A stretch of DNA of 64,000 nucleotides, taken from positions 128,001 to 192,000 of the forward strand of contig CAWHWQ010000008.1 in the NCBI GenBank assembly GCA_963833095.1. The letters run 5' to 3'. Positions 60,328 to 64,000 of the stretch are shown in pieces. A program made the translations under genes and the position numbers. Source of the stretch: Vulcanimicrobiota bacterium. Its GTDB lineage: Bacteria; Vulcanimicrobiota; Vulcanimicrobiia; Vulcanimicrobiales; Vulcanimicrobiaceae. The notes under the pieces were generated by a model, which was not told the origin of the DNA, did no database searches, and saw nothing but the letters and a program-made list of their open reading frames with translations. Every line of letters begins with the position of its first letter. Position 1 is the first letter of the stretch.

Positions 60328-61870
60328 GGCAACGACCAGTCTTGCGTCTGACTGAAATTGTAGAGCATGTTCGGTGCAAAACCTTGCAGCGCTGGATTGA
60401 TCGCTTCGAACTCTTCGCGCTCCACCAGAAAGGTCACCGGAAGTTCGGTCGCGATGCGCGTTTGCATGATCCAGAATTGCTTTGTGCGCGCCGGCGCGTC
60501 GAGCGCGCGCTGCTGCGCGCTAAAAGCTGCATCGTAGCGTGCGTCGCACCAGCGCGCGACATTGGGACCGTTGGGTGCGCGGTTGGCGCAGATCCAGGGC
60601 TCCGAGGCTTCTGGATCGAGCCCGCCGTACCAGCCGCCGACCTCCAGATCGAACTTGCCGTCGTAGAGCACTCCGCCTTGGGCCGGCGGGGCGTAGAGCA
60701 AACTCGGCGTTGCGCCGTCCAGCGTCGCATCGATGCCCACCGCGCGCAGATTTTCTTGGATCACCGTCGCCACGCTCTTATAGATGTTCTCCGAGAGATT
60801 GAACGTAATTCGTACGGCGATGTGCCGGCCGGCGAGCATCTCGCGCGCACGCACCGGATCGAACCTTGGCGCAGCGATCGTTGGATCGTGCTGCGCAAAG
60901 AGCGTCGCTATTTCGGTGGTCGCAAGCGGGCTATAGCCATGATAAACGGTGCGCGCGATCGTCGAGCGGTCGATCGCGAAGGCAATGGCCCGGCGCACGA
61001 CGCGATCGGGAAGACGCTGCGTTTGCATTTCGACGAAGTCGATCTCATTGCGCCGCACACCCACGACCCCGGTGCCCGCGACGCGGCGCGATTGCGCAAC
61101 TTGATCGTAGGTAACGTCCGTAAAATCGATGGAATGCGCAAGCAGGTCGATATATGCCGTATTTTCGTCGGCGATCATCTTCACGACGATCCGGTGAAGC
61201 AGCGGTTTTTGCCACGCGTACGGATTGGCATCCAAGATGACGGAATCGCCGCGATTCCATTGCGCGACGCGAAATGGTCCCGTGCCAAAGGGCCGTTCGT
61301 TCCACGCGGTCGCGTGCGCGAGATCGGTAGCTCGTAAACGCGTGGGCCGGCAAAATGCCGAAGATATAATCGCTCGCCGCGAACAACTCGTAGAGCGCGC
61401 CCGACCACGGATGTCGAGCCGAATGCGGACGGTGTGGGGTCGGGCGTCTCCAGCGCCGCGATACGCCGATAGGGTCGGCTTCGGTGACCGGATTACGCGC
61501 GTCGAGAATCGCACGGTAGGTGAAGGCGACATCGCGCGACGTGAACGGCACGCCGTCGGCAAATTCACGCCCGGCCGCAAGTGGTAGATGATCGTCAATC
61601 CATCGCGCGAAATACCGCCGTTTGCAACGCTGGGCACGGCTTCGCAAAGGACCGGAATCGGTTTGTTTGCGGGACTGAGCCGACTAACGGCTGCGTGTAG
61701 AGTTGCGTAAGATCGATCAGGCGTTGCCCGAATGCAATCAGCGGATCGAGCGTATAGATCGTGCCGAGATACCCGATGCGCACCTCGCCCGGCATGCCCC
61801 ATTGCGCACCGCTGCGCGCGCAGGACGGCGAGGCGAGGAGCAAGAGCGCGAGTCGGGCGTTACGCAGCAC
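60324..61870 (-). CDS. Peptide ABC transporter substrate-binding protein (family 5), frameshifted N-terminal half
   Basis: SRDGLTI.YHLRPGV, DGVPFTSRDVAFT, GTGPF and VRRAIA.AIDR occur across frames. Confidence 0.85.
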
Positions 61871-62317
61871 CCTTGCGGAATCGTTCGATCGCCCGCAGAG
61901 TCCTTGCGGATCATCGGTCCCCAGTGTCACACGATCGCCGTCATAGTAAAAATCTCCACCGCTCGAACCGCCCACGTTCCACAGCCAACCATGCCAGATT
62001 GTCCAGTGGAAGCCGGCGCTGCCGAGCTCCGTCAGATTCAGCTTGACCTGTTCCGCACGCGCGATCCGATCGAATGAGATCCGCCCGCCCGGCCAGCCCC
62101 AGGTAAACGACCACGCCACGCCCATTGCGTCGACGTGCGTGATCAACGTGGAAACCATCCACCACACGGTCCCCACGATGGCAATGGTGATCCAGGGGAC
62201 CCACATGCCCGGCTCGCCGCGAACGACAACCACCACAGCGATATCGACAGCCACCACGACGCCCATGAGCAGGTCCATCCAGCGCGCCACACGTTGGCGA
62301 TGCACGTACGGTTGCAT
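61860..62317 (-). CDS. Hypothetical membrane protein; 3' end uncertain
   Basis: Two TM segments, then W..W.GWLWNV.G and LGTDDP; joined to the SBP frame in the track by an indel. Confidence 0.6.
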
Positions 62318-62347
62318 ACGGCGCTCTACTGAGAAAAACGGCGCGGG

Positions 62348-63063
62348 TTACGCGCCGTTGTCGTTTACGTCGGGTGGATGACCACGCAGCGTTCGGGCTC
62401 TTCGCCCTCGGATTCGGTTCGGACCGCAGCGGATTGTCGGCGATCGCGAGATGCACGATCTTGCGTTCCGACGGGAGCATCGGTTCGAGCTTGTGCGGCT
62501 TGCCGTCGCGCAGCACGCGCTCGGCGGTCGCCAGCGCGAGCTCTTTGAGCTGATCGGCGCGACGCGCGCGATAGCCCTCGGCATCGATCGTGTAGTAGCG
62601 GCGGTTGTTACGCACGCCGGCGTTGATGATGTTGTTGAAGATCAGGTTGAGCGCTTCGAGCGTGTTGCCGTGGCGGCCGATCAGCATCGCAAGATCGGGG
62701 CCGGTCACTTCGAGATACTCGCCCTCTTTGCGCGGAATGTAACCGATGTCGACGTGGTCCATGCCCATGTGCGTTAGAGTATCGAAGCGAGCAAATCGCG
62801 CGCCGGTTTGGCGTCGTCGGGGAACTCGAGCGTCGATTTTATCGTAGCGCGCGCGACGGTGCGCCGCGGCTCGGCCACCGCCGCCGCCAATCCGCCGCCG
62901 CGCCGCCGCCGCCGTCCGCCGCGTGCCGTCCGCCGCCGCCGCCGCGGCGTCCGCCGCCCGTGCCGGTGCCGGTGGTGCGTTCACCGGTCGTCTTGCCGGG
63001 AATCTGCCGGTCGCGAATGTTGGCCGGCTGTTCTTCGAATTCGTAGTCATCTTCGTAGAGCAT
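62348..63063 (-). CDS. jag: Jag/EloR (KhpB) KH + R3H RNA-binding protein, frameshifted
   Basis: LIGRHGNTLEAL, DAEGYRARR and LEPM.PSERKIVH; between yidC and mnmE. Confidence 0.88.
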
Positions 63064-63064
63064 G

Positions 63065-63911
63065 TTAGGATTTCGCGCCTTTCTTCGTTTCTTGCGCTTT
63101 CGAAGTGCCGTTGCCGCCTGTCAGCGCCTGCCGCTGGAGCTGCTGCGGACGACGTCGTCGGTAATCACGTGCGTCGCTGTCGATGAAACGACAGCGGTTC
63201 GTGGAAGCGCCGCAGCATGTAGAACTGTTGCGCCATCGTGAAAAAGGTTGGAGCAGAGCCAGTACAGCACCATGCGCCGACGGCCACGCGTATTGAAAGC
63301 CGATGACGAAAAGACATCACCGGCGAGAGAATCGGCATCATCTTCTGCGTTTGCGCCTGCGCCGGATCGGTCGCGGGCATCGTGCCAAAGCGCACGCTGA
63401 TGTACATCGAAATGCCGTAAAGTCACGAGCAGGATCGCGTCGGCCTGCGCAAGGTCTGGCGCGATCAGCGCGATTTTCCCGAAAAGGTGCGGCGCGATCG
63501 CCACAGACCGACCCACAAGAAATGCTGGTTCGCGTACAGTTCCTTGTTCTGCGTGACCACGTAGAAGACGCTGATGATGAACGGGTACTGCACGAGCAGC
63601 GGCAGGCAGCCGCGAGCGGATTGACGCCTTCGCTCTTGTAGAGCGCCATCGTCTCTTGCTGCAAGCTTCGTCTGATCGTTCTTGTACTTGGCCTGCAGCG
63701 TTTTTATCTTGGGGGCGATTTTTTGCATCGCCATCATCGACTTGAACTGCTGCGCGTTGAGCGGCCAGAAAAGCACGCGGAACAGCAGCGCCAGCACGAC
63801 CAGGCTCAAGCCCAGATTGTGCAGCGGAATGATTGATGTAGGTGACGATCACCGCGAGCCAGTGAACGATGGGATCGAGCACACGGGTTCGATCGCGAGT
63901 AGGAAGTGCAA
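63065..63911 (-). CDS. yidC: Membrane protein insertase YidC, many frameshifts
   Basis: FWPL..QQFKSM.AMQ.IAP, MQQETMALYK.EGVNP, GCLPLLVQYP, FLW and LYW occur across frames. Confidence 0.9.
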
Positions 63912-63914
63912 CGG

Positions 63915-64000
63915 TTACCTTTCGACGGAGCGAAGCGCACGCGTCGGGCACAAGGTCGACGCCGCCCGGGTGCCACGGGTGGCAGCGCAGCAGGCGCGCA
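63915..64000 (-). CDS. yidD: Membrane protein insertion efficiency factor, 3' part
   Basis: RLLRCHPWHPGGVDLVP immediately upstream of yidC. Confidence 0.85.
   Translation of the reverse strand, partial: RACCAATRGTRAASTLCPTRALRSVER

Noticed and set aside
1..64000. CRISPR array, rRNA, tmRNA, RNase P RNA or SRP RNA
   Set aside because: No regularly spaced repeats or signature motifs were seen by eye; a covariance search was not possible.

Overview
A GC-rich bacterial chromosome segment next to the replication origin. The right end carries yidD-yidC-jag-mnmE-mnmG-rsmG and parA-parB, so oriC probably lies just beyond base 64000. Most of the window is housekeeping: ADP-heptose/LPS core genes, accB, hisS, purH, smc-rnc-fabF, rpmA-obgE-nadD, maf-mreC-mreD-mrdA, dacB, trpS, thiD/thiE and a CCA-adding enzyme. 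A Firmicutes-style L27 extension and long Obg together with LPS genes suggest a diderm Terrabacterium, possibly Eremiobacterota/Vulcanimicrobiota (inference only). Standout features: (1) a complete 3073-bp IS1595-family element (51186-54258; 25-bp TIRs, 8-bp TSD AAACATTT) inserted into a pair of parS-like sites. It carries a degenerate tRNA-like gene, a proteasome-beta-like Ntn hydrolase, small ORFs, NrdR-box-like motifs and an internal copy of its own end. (2) A duplicated module of a ~1080-aa signal-less Ig/DUF11-like repeat protein plus a small TM+HEAT-like protein (32242-39424). (3) A 174-bp palindrome covering the rfaE1 RBS, a REP-like insert inside a GT9 gene, and a multi-hairpin intergenic RNA candidate. 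Many genes, including essential ones, carry clustered 1-nt indels that most likely reflect read or assembly errors. No CRISPR array or rRNA was seen.
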